The notes below the pieces were generated by a model. That model saw only the letters and a list, made by a program, of their open reading frames with translations. It had not been told where the DNA came from and ran no database searches. Of a stretch of 64,000 nucleotides of DNA, positions 43,725 to 53,870 are shown one piece after another. This DNA comes from an uncultured Alphaproteobacteria bacterium (GTDB lineage Bacteria > Pseudomonadota > Alphaproteobacteria > Rhizobiales > Beijerinckiaceae). The first letter of the stretch is position 1. Every line of letters begins with the position of its first letter. The position numbers were made by a program, and so were the translations under genes. The DNA lies in contig CAWGPL010000008.1 of NCBI GenBank assembly GCA_963824465.1, positions 1,820 to 65,819 on the forward strand. The letters are read 5' to 3'.

Positions 43725-46186
43725 ATGGCGGCATGGGAGGCCGGCGGAAAACTCCGCGCGCGGGTCGCCGCCGGGGCGACCCTGTTCGCGCTGGCCGCAG
43801 GACAAAAAGCAGAGGCTTCTCAGGCTCTGACGCTGCGCGGCGCCTTGCAGGACGGCATCACCGTCGGAGTCGCGGTCGATCAGGAGGGCGCCTATGCGCC
43901 GGTTGGCTCAGTCATTCAGGCCGTCCAGACTCCCGACGGCGGCATGACGCTGGCCTATACGCCTCCAGCGGGAAGCGACCCTATCCTCTATACTTTGACG
44001 GAGCCGAGCGGAGGCTCGATCTTCGGCTACGCCGTAAGCCAAAATCTCACCGTCGTCGGGTCCGCGGAAACTGTGGACGGAACCTCCTACGCCTTCCGGT
44101 GGACGCCGAGCCTCGGCGTCGTGTCCATCCAAGACCCAGCCGCGGATTGGGCGGAGGCCTTTGCGGTCAACAAGGACGGGACGGTGGCGGTCGGCGGCGA
44201 AACACCGTCAGGTCAATGGTATCAACAGGCGTTCCGATGGGTGCTGACGGATCCGGCGACGGGAGCGGGCGTAACGACGAACATCGGCGCCGTGTTCAAT
44301 CCGGGCGGCTACAGCCAGGCGACGGGCGTGAGCGATGACGGGACAGTCGTCGTCGGCCTGAACACGGCCGATGGCGTCATCCATGCATTCCGTTGGGTGC
44401 TGACCGATCCAGCGACCGGCGCCGGCGCCTTCACCGATATCGGCTCTGGCACGCTCAATTCCAACGCCACCGCCGTCAGCGGCGACGGCGCCGTCGTGGT
44501 CGGAGCCCTCCAGCCCAGCGATGGGTCACCCTACGTTCACGCATTCCGGTGGACGCAGGCCGATAGCATGGTCGACCTCGGCGTCTTGAGCGGTCAGCTG
44601 AACTCGACCGCGCTCGCAGTCAATCACGACGGCTCGGTCGTGGTGGGCGCCTCGTGGATCGGCGACATTGGCGAAGACTACTACGGCGGCACGGCGCTCT
44701 ACGGAACCGTTCCGAGCAGTTCGCGGGCGTTCCGATGGACCCAGGCGACCGGCATGCAGGACCTCAACACGCTTATGTCCAGCGCCGGCGTCGACATGCA
44801 GGGATATACGCTTCTCACCGCCAACGCTGTCTCGGCCGACGGCCAATTTATCGGCGGGTCGCTGATCGAATCTGGCGCGGCGGCCGGCGCGAATGTCGGG
44901 CCCTATGTCGTACGCTATTGCGACGCGACCGTAAGCGGCGCCTGTGTCGCCTACAATCAGTTGATCCAAGGGAACGGCGGCTCTGGAAATGGCGGGTCGG
45001 GGAATGGCGGTTCTGGCGGCAGCGGCTCCGGGAACGGCGGCTCTGGAAGTGGGGGGTCGGGGAACGGCGGCTCGGGGAACGGCGGGTCAGGAAATGGCGG
45101 CTCCGGAGGCAGCGGCTCCGGAAATGGCGGGTCGGGCAACGGCGGCTCTGGAAGCGGCGGGTCCGGGAACAGCGGTTCGGGAAAGAACAACTCGGGGAAT
45201 AGCGGCTCGACGAACAGCGGCTCTGGCGCCATTTCCAGCGACGGAGGCTCGAGCAACGCAGATCCGCCTCCCAAGGGCGCGTTGATCGCCGGCCTCACGA
45301 CGCTGACCTCGGTTCAGTCCTCGGTCAATCAATTGGGGCTCGCCGCAAATTCCGTGATGCTCAACAATCATGGCTTCGCCGCGCCGCTCCTTGGCGACAA
45401 TGGGCCGCTCGGCGCAGGCAATGAGGCCGGAGCGTTTGGCGCCGTTGGCTCAGTGGCGGGCGGCGGCGGCATGCGCTGGAACCTCGGCAATCTCACTTTG
45501 CTGGCCGGAGTTGGCGGCGCGTCCGAAAGCTACACCGGCTCCCAGATGGAGAACGCGCTTCTGCTAGCCGGCGCAGTGCGCTGGATCCAGCCGATCAATG
45601 CGGTTTGGTCCGGTCTCGTCGAGGCAGGCGGCTGGTGGTCGCCGTCCGGCTCCTACCAATTCTCCCGCACCTATCTGAATGGCGCGGGCTCGGCCGAAGG
45701 CTCAGGCTCCGCGCCCGGGTCCCAGACTTACGCGTTCGGCCGCCTAGGTCCGGTTCTGCGCCTGTCCGCGCCGACGAGATTGCCGCAACCGGCGAAATCG
45801 GCGAACAGGCCCTCTACATCGGTTCCTGGCTCGAGCCTTTGAGTGCGGGCAATCCCTTCAACGCCTCGGTTTCGGCTTCGACCCAGACGATGGGGGTCGT
45901 GAAAGAACGCCTCCAGTGGACACACACTTTCCCCCTCGCCATAGACGCGACGCTCTGGGGAGCGCTTGCCCAGACTTTTGACGAGCGCACGAATCTCAGG
46001 GCCACGGTCGCCGGCTTTGGGACCCTTGGGCCAACGGCGTCCGCGCCCCAGTGGGGCGAATACGGAATTCGGCTCGGCTATCGTTGGACGAGCCACGCAA
46101 CCGTGGAAGCCTTCGCCGATGGGGTGAGCGCAACCGGTTACCAGACGCGCGTCCATGTCGGCGGGGCGCTGAAATGGACTTTCTGA
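43725..46186 (+). CDS. HAF-repeat extracellular protein with Gly/Ser/Asn linker and C-terminal outer-membrane beta-barrel (autotransporter-like); apparent frameshift near 45765
   Basis: Signal peptide; repeated A.(G/A)VS.DG.VVVG...(H/Y/Q/R)AFRW units; low-complexity linker; amphipathic strands ending GALKWTF. Confidence 0.8.
44970..45224 (+). repeat. Coding tandem repeat: 17 x 15-bp units encoding GNGGS-like pentapeptides
   Basis: GNGGS x9 plus [20 protein letters not shown] and TNSGS variants; synonymous codons differ between units. Confidence 0.9.
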
Positions 46187-46288
46187 AGTCGCGGATCGTC
46201 CCCCGCGTTCGTCGCGCCTTATGGCCCGGCAATCCGGATTCGCAGATTTCGCTTGGCTTCTGCCGGCGTTTTCCTATATGACCGACCG

Positions 46289-46326
46289 GTGGCGCGGCGC
46301 CGAGAGGCCCCGCGCCGCGAATTTTT
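46289..46326 (+). terminator. GC-rich hairpin with T-run between a promoter-like sequence and secE
   Basis: GTGGCGCGGCGCC-GAGA-GGCCCCGCGCCGC then gaaTTTTT; CTTGGC...CTATAT promoter-like motif at ~46253-46279 lies upstream. Confidence 0.5.
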
Positions 46327-46372
46327 CTGGACGGCGGCGCGAGGCCGGCCGTCCGACGTGGACCCCATCCGG

Positions 46373-46570
46373 ATGACGAATCCCTTCGAGTTCCTTCAGC
46401 AGGTGCGCGCCGAGGCCAACAAGGTTGTGTGGCCGACTCGCCGCGAGACCATGATTACGACCGGCCTGGTGCTTCTGCTGGTCATATTCGCAAGCGTGTT
46501 CTTTGTCGTCGTCGATGAGGTTCTGCGTGTCCTGGTCGCCTTCGTCCTCGGCTTCGGCCGCAGCGGCTGA
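46373..46570 (+). CDS. secE: Preprotein translocase subunit SecE
   Basis: NPFEFLQQVRAEANKVVWPTRRET plus one TM; immediately upstream of nusG. Confidence 0.95.
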   Translation: MTNPFEFLQQVRAEANKVVWPTRRETMITTGLVLLLVIFASVFFVVVDEVLRVLVAFVLGFGRSG

Positions 46571-46596
46571 CCGTTTCGTTTCGGAATCCCAATCCC

Positions 46597-47127
46597 ATGG
46601 CCATGCGCTGGTACATCGTTCACGCCTACTCGAACTTCGAGAAAAAGGTCTCCGAAGCCATCCGCGAAGGCGCGCATCAGCGCGGCCTGCAGGACAAATT
46701 CGAGGACATCCTGGTGCCGACCGAGCAGGTCGTCGAGGTCCGGCGCGGGCGCAAGATCAATTCCGAGCGGAAATTCTTCCCCGGCTACGTGCTGGTGAAG
46801 TGCGACCTCACTGATGAAGTCTACCATCTGATCAAGAACACCCCGAAGGTGACTGGTTTTCTCGGCGCCGACAACAGGCCCATGCCGATTACCGACGCGG
46901 AGGCCGACCGGATTAAGGGCCAAGTCGCCGACGGCGTCGAGCGCCCCAAGGCGGCGATCCGGTTCGAGATCGGAGAAAGCGTCCGCGTTGCGGATGGTCC
47001 GTTCGCCTCCTTCAATGGCGTCGTCGAGGAAGTCGACGACGCGCGCTCGCGGGTGAAGGTCGCCGTTTCGATTTTCGGCCGCGCCACGCCCGTCGATCTC
47101 GAATTCGGCCAGGTCGAGAAGGTTTGA
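46597..47127 (+). CDS. nusG: Transcription termination/antitermination factor NusG
   Basis: RWYIVHAYSNFEKKV, ERKFFPGYVLV, TPKVTGFLG, KOW motif DGPFASFNG, IFGRATPVDLEF. Confidence 0.98.
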   Translation: MAMRWYIVHAYSNFEKKVSEAIREGAHQRGLQDKFEDILVPTEQVVEVRRGRKINSERKFFPGYVLVKCDLTDEVYHLIKNTPKVTGFLGADNRPMPITDAEADRIKGQVADGVERPKAAIRFEIGESVRVADGPFASFNGVVEEVDDARSRVKVAVSIFGRATPVDLEFGQVEKV

Positions 47128-47148
47128 CCGCGCTTCGGGCTCACGCGC

Positions 47149-47967
47149 ATGCGAGCGGAAGATCACGCGCTCGATGAGGCGACCCGGCTCGCGATTTTGG
47201 ACGAAGGCCGCTACGCGGGGGCGACGCATCCCGGCTACGCCAACATGGCCGGACCGTTTGGCGGCGTAACGGCGGCGGCGCTTCTCAACGCGATCCTCGT
47301 CGATCCGCGGCGGCTGGCGGACCCGATCGCGCTCACCGTCAATTTCTGCGGTCCGATCACGAACGGTCGTTACGAAATCCAGACGAAGCTCCAGCGCGGC
47401 GGGAAGACCACCCAGCACTGGTCCGTCGAGCTCACTCAGGATGGCGGCGTCTGCGCGACAGCAAGTGTGGTCTGCGGGGCGCGAAAGCCCGTGTGGTCGC
47501 ACTATCCGGTGAAGGGCCCCTCCGCGCCGCCCCCCGAAAGCGTGCCGGAAATGCCGAGCGGATTCCGCCCCGAATGGGTGCGCCGCTATGCTTTCCGCTT
47601 CTTCGAAGGGGGACTCGACGATTATCCCCGCAACGACGGCGCGATCCGGAGCGCGCGGACCCTCGCCCTCATTCAGGACAAGCCCGCGCGGCCGCTTGAC
47701 TTCGTGGGCCTCGCCGCATTGTCCGACGCCTTCTTCGTGCGCATCATGCATGCCCGCGGCACGTTTCAGCCCATGGCGACGGTCTCGCTCACGACTTACT
47801 TCCACGCCGGCTCCGACGAGCTTGAGGCGCTCGGGGCGACGCCGCTCATCGGGGAGGCGGACGCCGCGATCTTTCACAACGGCTTCGCCGACCAGAGTTG
47901 CGCGCTCTGGACCCCTGACGGGCGGCTCATTGCGAACGGCGTGCAGATCACATGGTATAAGGAATAG
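47149..47967 (+). CDS. Acyl-CoA thioesterase-like double hot-dog protein
   Basis: YANMAGPFGGVTAA, LTVNFCGP, LAALSDAFF, TVSLTTYFH, GFADQ. Confidence 0.85.
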   Translation: MRAEDHALDEATRLAILDEGRYAGATHPGYANMAGPFGGVTAAALLNAILVDPRRLADPIALTVNFCGPITNGRYEIQTKLQRGGKTTQHWSVELTQDGGVCATASVVCGARKPVWSHYPVKGPSAPPPESVPEMPSGFRPEWVRRYAFRFFEGGLDDYPRNDGAIRSARTLALIQDKPARPLDFVGLAALSDAFFVRIMHARGTFQPMATVSLTTYFHAGSDELEALGATPLIGEADAAIFHNGFADQSCALWTPDGRLIANGVQITWYKE

Positions 47968-48076
47968 GGTGTTATCCGAGGCTTTCGCGTAACAATCGCC
48001 ATCCTCGAGCCGAAATAGGCGGTCATGGGGCGCTCGCCGTCCACGCCGTGCAGCTATTCGTCAGGAGTTCAGCGCA

Positions 48077-49036
48077 ATGCGCGTCATTCGCCGAAGGGGA
48101 TGGGAAATCCCTCAGTCGCTCGCGACGCCCGAGGCGGCGTTTCTCGACCGTCGGACGTTTCTAGCCGGGCTCGGCGTGGCCGGAACTCTTGCCACGGGCG
48201 CAACGCTCGCCTTGCCAGGGACCGCGCGAGCGGAAGGAAATCCTTCCGATTCGCTCTATCCCGCGAAGCGGAACCCCGCATACACGCTCGACCGCGACGT
48301 AACGCCCGAGAAATACAATCTCAGCTACAACAATTTTTACGAGTTCTCGACCAGCAAGAAGGTCAACGCCACTCCGCTGAAGACCCGGCCTTGGACGGTC
48401 ATCATCGATGGACTGGTCGAGAAAGAACAGACGGTCGACATCGACACGCTAATCAAGACAATGGGCCTCGAGGAGCGCCTTTATCGGCACCGCTGCGTCG
48501 AAGCTTGGTCGATGGCGATCCCGTGGACCGGATTCCCGCTGAAGAAGCTCGTGGACTTCGCCAAGCCTTTGTCCAAGGCTGCCTATGTCCGGTTCGAAAC
48601 GTTCCTGGACAAGAGTATGGCGCCCGGTCAGCGCGGCTTCCTGCCGTGGCCCTATATCGAGGGGCTGACGATTGCGGAGGCGACGAACGACCTCGCCTTC
48701 ATGGCAACCGGCGCGTACGGCAAGCCGCTCGCCAACGTGCAAGGCTCGCCGATCCGGCTCGCCGCTCCCTGGAAATACGGATTCAAATCGATCAAGTCGA
48801 TCGTGCGCGTGTCTTTCGTCGACAAGCGACCCCAGACGTTTTGGGAGACGTTAGGCCCGGAGGAGTATGGGTTCTGGGCGAACGTCAACCCCGCGGTTCC
48901 GCATCCGCGCTGGAGCCAGGCTGAAGAGACCTTCCTCAACGACGGGCGGAAACGCCCGACTTTGATCTACAACGGCTACGGCGAGCAGGTGGCGTCGCTG
49001 TATAAGGGGCTCGAAAAGGAGCCGCTCTTCATGTGA
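48077..49036 (+). CDS. msrP: Periplasmic methionine sulfoxide reductase catalytic subunit (molybdopterin)
   Basis: DRRTFL Tat signal, YNNFYEF, RHRCVEAWSM, WPYIEGL, PWKYGFKSIKSI, EYGFWANVNP..HPRWSQA. Confidence 0.96.
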   Translation: MRVIRRRGWEIPQSLATPEAAFLDRRTFLAGLGVAGTLATGATLALPGTARAEGNPSDSLYPAKRNPAYTLDRDVTPEKYNLSYNNFYEFSTSKKVNATPLKTRPWTVIIDGLVEKEQTVDIDTLIKTMGLEERLYRHRCVEAWSMAIPWTGFPLKKLVDFAKPLSKAAYVRFETFLDKSMAPGQRGFLPWPYIEGLTIAEATNDLAFMATGAYGKPLANVQGSPIRLAAPWKYGFKSIKSIVRVSFVDKRPQTFWETLGPEEYGFWANVNPAVPHPRWSQAEETFLNDGRKRPTLIYNGYGEQVASLYKGLEKEPLFM

Positions 49037-49145
49037 TCGTGAAGGCGCTCGCGTTGTCATCGTTACCGGACATGGTAGGAGTGGCGGCGTGCGGAACAGA
49101 CCGGGCTCATCAGAGCGCCGTCCGCCATAACGGAGGAGGACGCCC

Positions 49146-49454
49146 ATGGCTCTGCTGCTCGTCGTCTACAAGACGCCCAAGAACACCGCCTCTTTCGACG
49201 CCTATTACGCATCAACTCATGCGCCGCTCGCCAAGAAGATCCCAGGCCTGCGAAGCTACAAGATCAGCAACGGTCCGGTCGGTTTGCCGATGGAACCCGG
49301 AGGCGTCCATCTGGTGGCTCTCCTGGAGTTCGACAGCGTGGAGGCGATCCAAAAGGGCCTCGCGAGTTCCGAAGGACAGGCTGCGGCCGGCGACTTGCCG
49401 AAATTCGCCGACGGTGGCGCGGATCTGATGATCTTCGACACCAAGACGCTTTAG
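49146..49454 (+). CDS. EthD-family protein
   Basis: YKTP...FDAYYASTHAPLAKKIPGL, LEFDS, SSEGQAAAGDLPKFA; GGAGGA RBS. Confidence 0.88.
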   Translation: MALLLVVYKTPKNTASFDAYYASTHAPLAKKIPGLRSYKISNGPVGLPMEPGGVHLVALLEFDSVEAIQKGLASSEGQAAAGDLPKFADGGADLMIFDTKTL

Positions 49455-49472
49455 CGGGGCGCGAACGCCCCG
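49455..49472 (+). terminator. Short hairpin after the EthD gene
   Basis: CGGGGCG-CGAA-CGCCCCG directly after the stop codon; no U-tract. Confidence 0.4.
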
Positions 49473-49706
49473 GTCGCGGCGCTCCAGCTGTCGCCTGGAT
49501 TGCCACGCGCCGCCGTTGGCGTTAGCCTTGAATCGACCGAGGGCGACAGTGGGCGCCTTCGGCGATCTCAGGCAAAACAGCGAAATGAATCGAGACGATA
49601 CCGCCGGGACGGGCCTCGACGGCAAAATGCGTTTGCCACGCTGTGAGAGCGCCGATTGCGGCGCTACGGCGCGTCGCGCCTTTTCGCCGGCGGGGAGGGG
49701 AAACCC

Positions 49707-50843
49707 ATGACCTCTCAGGGCACTGCGACTCCTCCTTCCATTGACCGCCTGCTGGCGAACATCGACGTTCCGGTCGTCATCGTCGGCTTCGGCAACGCGG
49801 ACGATCTCGTCAACTGTCTCACGGCGCTGGACATGCAGATCAATTGTCCCCCCTTCGGGGTCTTCGTCTGCGAGAATGGCGGCGCCGGCTGCTACGATGC
49901 GCTCAGGTCGGCTTTGACTTCTCCTGACGGTCCTTGCGCGGCCGAAACTCAATCATTCGCCGGATCGCCGAACTTTCTGCGGATCGCTCGCCTCAAGCTC
50001 AAACTCTCTGGGAATCCGGTGTACATCTCGGAAGCCACCAAAAATCTTGGCTTCGCAGGCGGTAATAACGCGTGGCTTCGGCTCTTCCTCCAGGAAACCG
50101 GCTGGACGGGCGCTTGGCTTTTGAACCCGGACACCTGGCCGGAGCCGGCCGCGCTCGGCGAGCTTGTTGCTTTCGCGAAAGCTTCCGGAAAGGGCATGGT
50201 CGCCAGCCGCGTCATGCCGGCCGATCGCACCGACGTCAACGCCTTGCGCGGACTGAAATGGGAGAAGTTCAAGGCGACGACAGTGGCGGTGGATAGAATG
50301 GCCCCGGTCGTTCCCGCTCCGGACCCTGAAGATGTCGCGAGCCAGATGGACGCCCCGAGTGGAACATCGTTTTTCGTAAGTCGCGACTGTCTGGATCGCG
50401 TCGGTCTGATGGATGAGGATTATTTTCTCTATTTCGAGGAGCTCGATTGGGGAATTCTGGCCAAAAACGCCTGCGGCCTCGGATATGCCCACAATTCGGT
50501 CGTTCCCCACGCCCCAGGAAGCTCCACCGGCGCCGTGCTTTCCAAGGCGGGCCGCTCCCGACTCTCCGTCTATCTCACCTATCGAAACAGAATCCGTTTC
50601 GTACGACGCCGATTTCCCGCCTGGACGCTTTGGACGCTGCTTGTTTCGATGATGCGGTCTTCCGAGTATCTGCTCGTCCGCTCAACCCCGAACTTTTTTG
50701 CGGCTTGGCAGGGAATATTCGCGGCGCTTCGGGGCGAAAGCGGACCGCCGGACGCAAAGTGGCTCGTCAAGGCGAAGGTGGCCTCTGCTCCGACCGCTCC
50801 CCAGACAACCGCCTCGACCGGGGAACGCGCGACCGCCGGCTGA
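49707..50843 (+). CDS. Family 2 glycosyltransferase (rhamnosyltransferase-like)
   Basis: VVIVGF, VCENG, NLGFAGGNN, WLLNPD, VGLMDEDYFLYFEELDW. Confidence 0.9.
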   Translation: MTSQGTATPPSIDRLLANIDVPVVIVGFGNADDLVNCLTALDMQINCPPFGVFVCENGGAGCYDALRSALTSPDGPCAAETQSFAGSPNFLRIARLKLKLSGNPVYISEATKNLGFAGGNNAWLRLFLQETGWTGAWLLNPDTWPEPAALGELVAFAKASGKGMVASRVMPADRTDVNALRGLKWEKFKATTVAVDRMAPVVPAPDPEDVASQMDAPSGTSFFVSRDCLDRVGLMDEDYFLYFEELDWGILAKNACGLGYAHNSVVPHAPGSSTGAVLSKAGRSRLSVYLTYRNRIRFVRRRFPAWTLWTLLVSMMRSSEYLLVRSTPNFFAAWQGIFAALRGESGPPDAKWLVKAKVASAPTAPQTTASTGERATAG

Positions 50844-50872
50844 GCTGCTGCCGCCACGCGTCGGCGTCAGGA

Positions 50873-51522
50873 TTAGCGCGAGACTTTCGGCGTGGGATTG
50901 GCGTCGCCGGAGGTTTTGGCCGGTTCTCCGGGGCGCACTCGGAAGCCAATAGCCTTGGCGGGATTGCCGAACATGATGGCGTAGGGGGGCACCTCACCAT
51001 GCACCACAGCCCCGGCGCGCAATGATAGCTCCGTCGCCAATGCGAACGCCCGGTAGGATGATCGCCGCCGCACCGATCAGGACATCGTTGCCGACTATTA
51101 TTTCGGCCTCCTGCATGGCGTTGGAGCGGACCGGGGCCCCGTCGTTGAATCGATAGTTGGCCGCCGTCATGAAAACGCGCGGGGCCGATTCCGACGTCGT
51201 CGCCGAGCACGATTCGCCCACGCTCCGTTGGACCGGCCCACACCGCCGAATTCGCTCCCAGATGCAGGCGCGCGCCCGCCGTGATGTTCTGGGCGTTCGA
51301 CAGAATGGCGTTCGGGGAAATCTCGGCGCCCGGGCCACGCTTGAGCTGGCGCAACGGCGCCACGTGGCTGTAGTTGTATTGATTGACAACCTTCAGCATA
51401 TGCGCCCAGGCGCGCGGATCGGCGACGCCGGACAAAAAGCGAAATAGGCGCTGAAACTTCGAGAGCCGTTGCTTGTGCGCCGGAGCAAGGGGCAAAGCGG
51501 GCGAGATTGGAGTGTCGGTCAT
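50873..51522 (-). CDS. Left-handed beta-helix (hexapeptide) O-acetyltransferase; two apparent frameshifts
   Basis: IVLGDDVGIGP, IIVGNDVLIGAAAIILPGVRIGDGAII, AGAVVHGEVPPYAIMFGNPAK across three frames. Confidence 0.85.
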
Positions 51523-52118
51523 CTCAGGCTCTGACGATGTGGGAGTTTCGCGGACCGTAATCGCGCAGCTCAGTCGGCGCAAGAAGTCCGAAGCCTGTGG
51601 GATACGGCCCTGCTCAATAGGCCAAGAACAGCGGATTCACAAGCTAGTCGCCGGCCGCATCTCAAGGCGATCAGGTGAAGTCGCGGCCTGATCCAGGCAG
51701 CGTGATGAACCGGGCCCATCGGGTACTGGGATTCGAAAAGACTTATTGTGTTATTCAGAATTTATAGATATAATGGTTCGTCACGTCAGGAATTTGCTCC
51801 CATGCCGCAACTGCGTTCCATCTTCCCGAAGCAAGCCGACGGCAGGGATCAAATTCGGGGACTATCGCGACGCGAAATAAAGCGGTCTTCAAGTCTCTGA
51901 TAATGTTGAATCCGGCGCAATATGAATTCGGGTTTGCGCTTTCCCCCGTTGCCCTGGGCCCGCATCCCTGGGACCCGGCAGCGCGTGCAAACCTTCGACT
52001 ATAGGCGGTATCGGCAGATTGCTAGGCCTTTGCCGAACTCCCATCTTGATTAGACGCCCTCCGCCGGCGATGTTCGTCACGCGTCGCGAACCACGTTCAC
52101 GGCCGAAGCTGGGACAAA

Positions 52119-53483
52119 GTGATGGAAGGCGCGTTCTTTTCCGATCTTCTCGCCTCGATTGCCGAGCGGGGGCGCTCGGTGCTCAAGCTGTCGCCTTGGC
52201 CGCGCGACGTCGAGGACCGGGCCGCCTCGCTCATCGACATGTGCCGGGCGCTTCTCACCGGCCGCGGCGAAGCCTCGGGCGTTGCGATGGCAAGCGAGAT
52301 TCTCGCGCGCTACCGGAGCCTTCTGCCCTCTGACAAGGCGGCCGTCTTCCGAGCCTGGGCGGACGATTTCGGCCCGGACCCGAAGCGGGTCGAGGACGCC
52401 GTCGCCCGCTGGAACGCCACGCACGGCGAAGCGGCCGCAAGCGCCCTGCACTACGCCACCGAACCGAGGCGCCAGGAGCTTTTTCGACGGCTCAATCGCG
52501 TTCCCGGCGGCACGCGGGCGCTGGTCTTGATGCGGGCAGACCTTATCGAGGCGATGCGCGACGACCGTTCGCTCTCCGAGGTCGACCACGACTTCCAGCA
52601 TCTTTTCGCTTCGTGGTTCAACCGGGGCTTTCTTGTGCTCAGACGCATCGACTGGTCGTCGCCCGCTGCAATCCTTGAAAAGATCATCCGCTATGAGGCG
52701 GTGCACGAGATTCGCGGCTGGGACGATCTGCGGCGCCGCATCGATCCGCCCGACCGGCGCTGCTACGCCTTCTTTCATCCTGCCCTCGCGGACGAGCCGC
52801 TGATCTTCGTCGAGGTGGCGCTGACGCTGACCCCGCCCGACGCGATCGCGCCGCTGCTCGCCGAGCGACGCGCCGAGCTCACCGAGGACAAGGCCAAGGT
52901 CGCGACCTTCTATTCGATCTCGAACTGCCAGCAGGGTCTCGGCGGCGTGACTTTCGGGAATTTCCTGATCAAGCAGGTTGTCGAGGAATTGCGGCGCGAC
53001 CTGCCCCGAATCGAGTCCTTCGTGACGCTGTCGCCCGTTCCCGGCTTCCGACGCTGGCTGGAGACAAGCGAGGACACACTTGTCGCGCCCATGCTTACGC
53101 TGGCGCGCGAACTTGTCGCGGATGACGACTGGCCAAACTCTCCGGAAAGCGCGCAGCAGGTGAAAAGGGCGCTAGAGCCGCTGGCGGCCTATTACTTCCT
53201 GAAGGGCCGCAGACCGGACGGGCGGGTGACCAACTCCGTGGCGCGCTTCCATCTCGGCAATGGGGCGCGGCTCGAACGCATTAACTGGATGGGGGACATG
53301 TCCCCAAAAGGCCTGAGCAAATCCTGCGGACTGATGGTGAACTATCTCTACGATCTCAACGAGATCGAAAAAAACCATGAGGCCTTCGCCAACGCCGGGA
53401 CGATCGCCGCATCCAGTGCGGTGAAGAAGCTCCTGCCCAAAACGAAGACGGGCACCCCCGCTTTGCCCGCTCCTCAAGCGTGA
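52119..53483 (+). CDS. Malonyl-CoA decarboxylase
   Basis: WFNRGFLVLRRIDW, IRYEAVHEI, DRRCYAFFHP, EPLIFVEVAL, FYSISNCQ, GNFLIKQVV, TLSPVPGF, VARFHLGNGA. Confidence 0.96.
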   Translation: MMEGAFFSDLLASIAERGRSVLKLSPWPRDVEDRAASLIDMCRALLTGRGEASGVAMASEILARYRSLLPSDKAAVFRAWADDFGPDPKRVEDAVARWNATHGEAAASALHYATEPRRQELFRRLNRVPGGTRALVLMRADLIEAMRDDRSLSEVDHDFQHLFASWFNRGFLVLRRIDWSSPAAILEKIIRYEAVHEIRGWDDLRRRIDPPDRRCYAFFHPALADEPLIFVEVALTLTPPDAIAPLLAERRAELTEDKAKVATFYSISNCQQGLGGVTFGNFLIKQVVEELRRDLPRIESFVTLSPVPGFRRWLETSEDTLVAPMLTLARELVADDDWPNSPESAQQVKRALEPLAAYYFLKGRRPDGRVTNSVARFHLGNGARLERINWMGDMSPKGLSKSCGLMVNYLYDLNEIEKNHEAFANAGTIAASSAVKKLLPKTKTGTPALPAPQA

Positions 53484-53579
53484 TCGAGGAAGCGCCGGCT
53501 ATAGGCAACCCCTGGGAATGAGAGTAGGTCTTGCGGCAATCGCCGCGAAAAGCGGCTTGCGGTGGGAGGATCGGCGCTC

Positions 53580-53870
53580 ATGTATGCTGCAGTCCGCCAG
53601 TATAGATCCAGGCCCGGCATGGCCGACCAATTGGCCGAGAAGGTGAAGGAGTTGGTGCCCGTCATCAGCGGCGTCTCAGGCTTCATGGGCTATTACGTGA
53701 TCTACGCGCCCGACGACACGGTGACCGCAATCAGCATCTTCAACAGGGTCGAGGAAGCGCAGGAGTCGAACAAGCTCGCGCTCGACTGGGTTCAGAAAAA
53801 TCTCGGCGGCTATTTGGCTGGCGAGGCTAGCGCGACGGCGGGGCCCGTCATTGTGCATTCGATGGGCTAG
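53580..53870 (+). CDS. Small dimeric alpha-beta barrel (ABM-like) hypothetical protein
   Basis: MYAAVRQY, VPVISGVSGFMGYY, AISIF, ESNKLALDWV; GGGAGG RBS. Confidence 0.7.
   Translation: MYAAVRQYRSRPGMADQLAEKVKELVPVISGVSGFMGYYVIYAPDDTVTAISIFNRVEEAQESNKLALDWVQKNLGGYLAGEASATAGPVIVHSMG

Noticed and set aside
43363-43734. 124-aa N-terminal extension of DAHP synthase
   Set aside because: Family-like sequence starts at MLKERW (43362) with a purine-rich RBS-like region; the extension runs over the divergent promoter region.
44970-45224. CRISPR or non-coding tandem array
   Set aside because: 15-bp in-frame degenerate units without spacers inside a CDS; no cas genes.
46187-46372. tRNA-Trp expected upstream of secE
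   Set aside because: No cloverleaf or T-loop GTTCRA consensus in a tRNA-like context.
51530-52110. Hidden gene or mobile-element end in the AT-rich gap
   Set aside because: No credible ORF, terminal inverted repeats or target duplication; consistent with a divergent promoter region.
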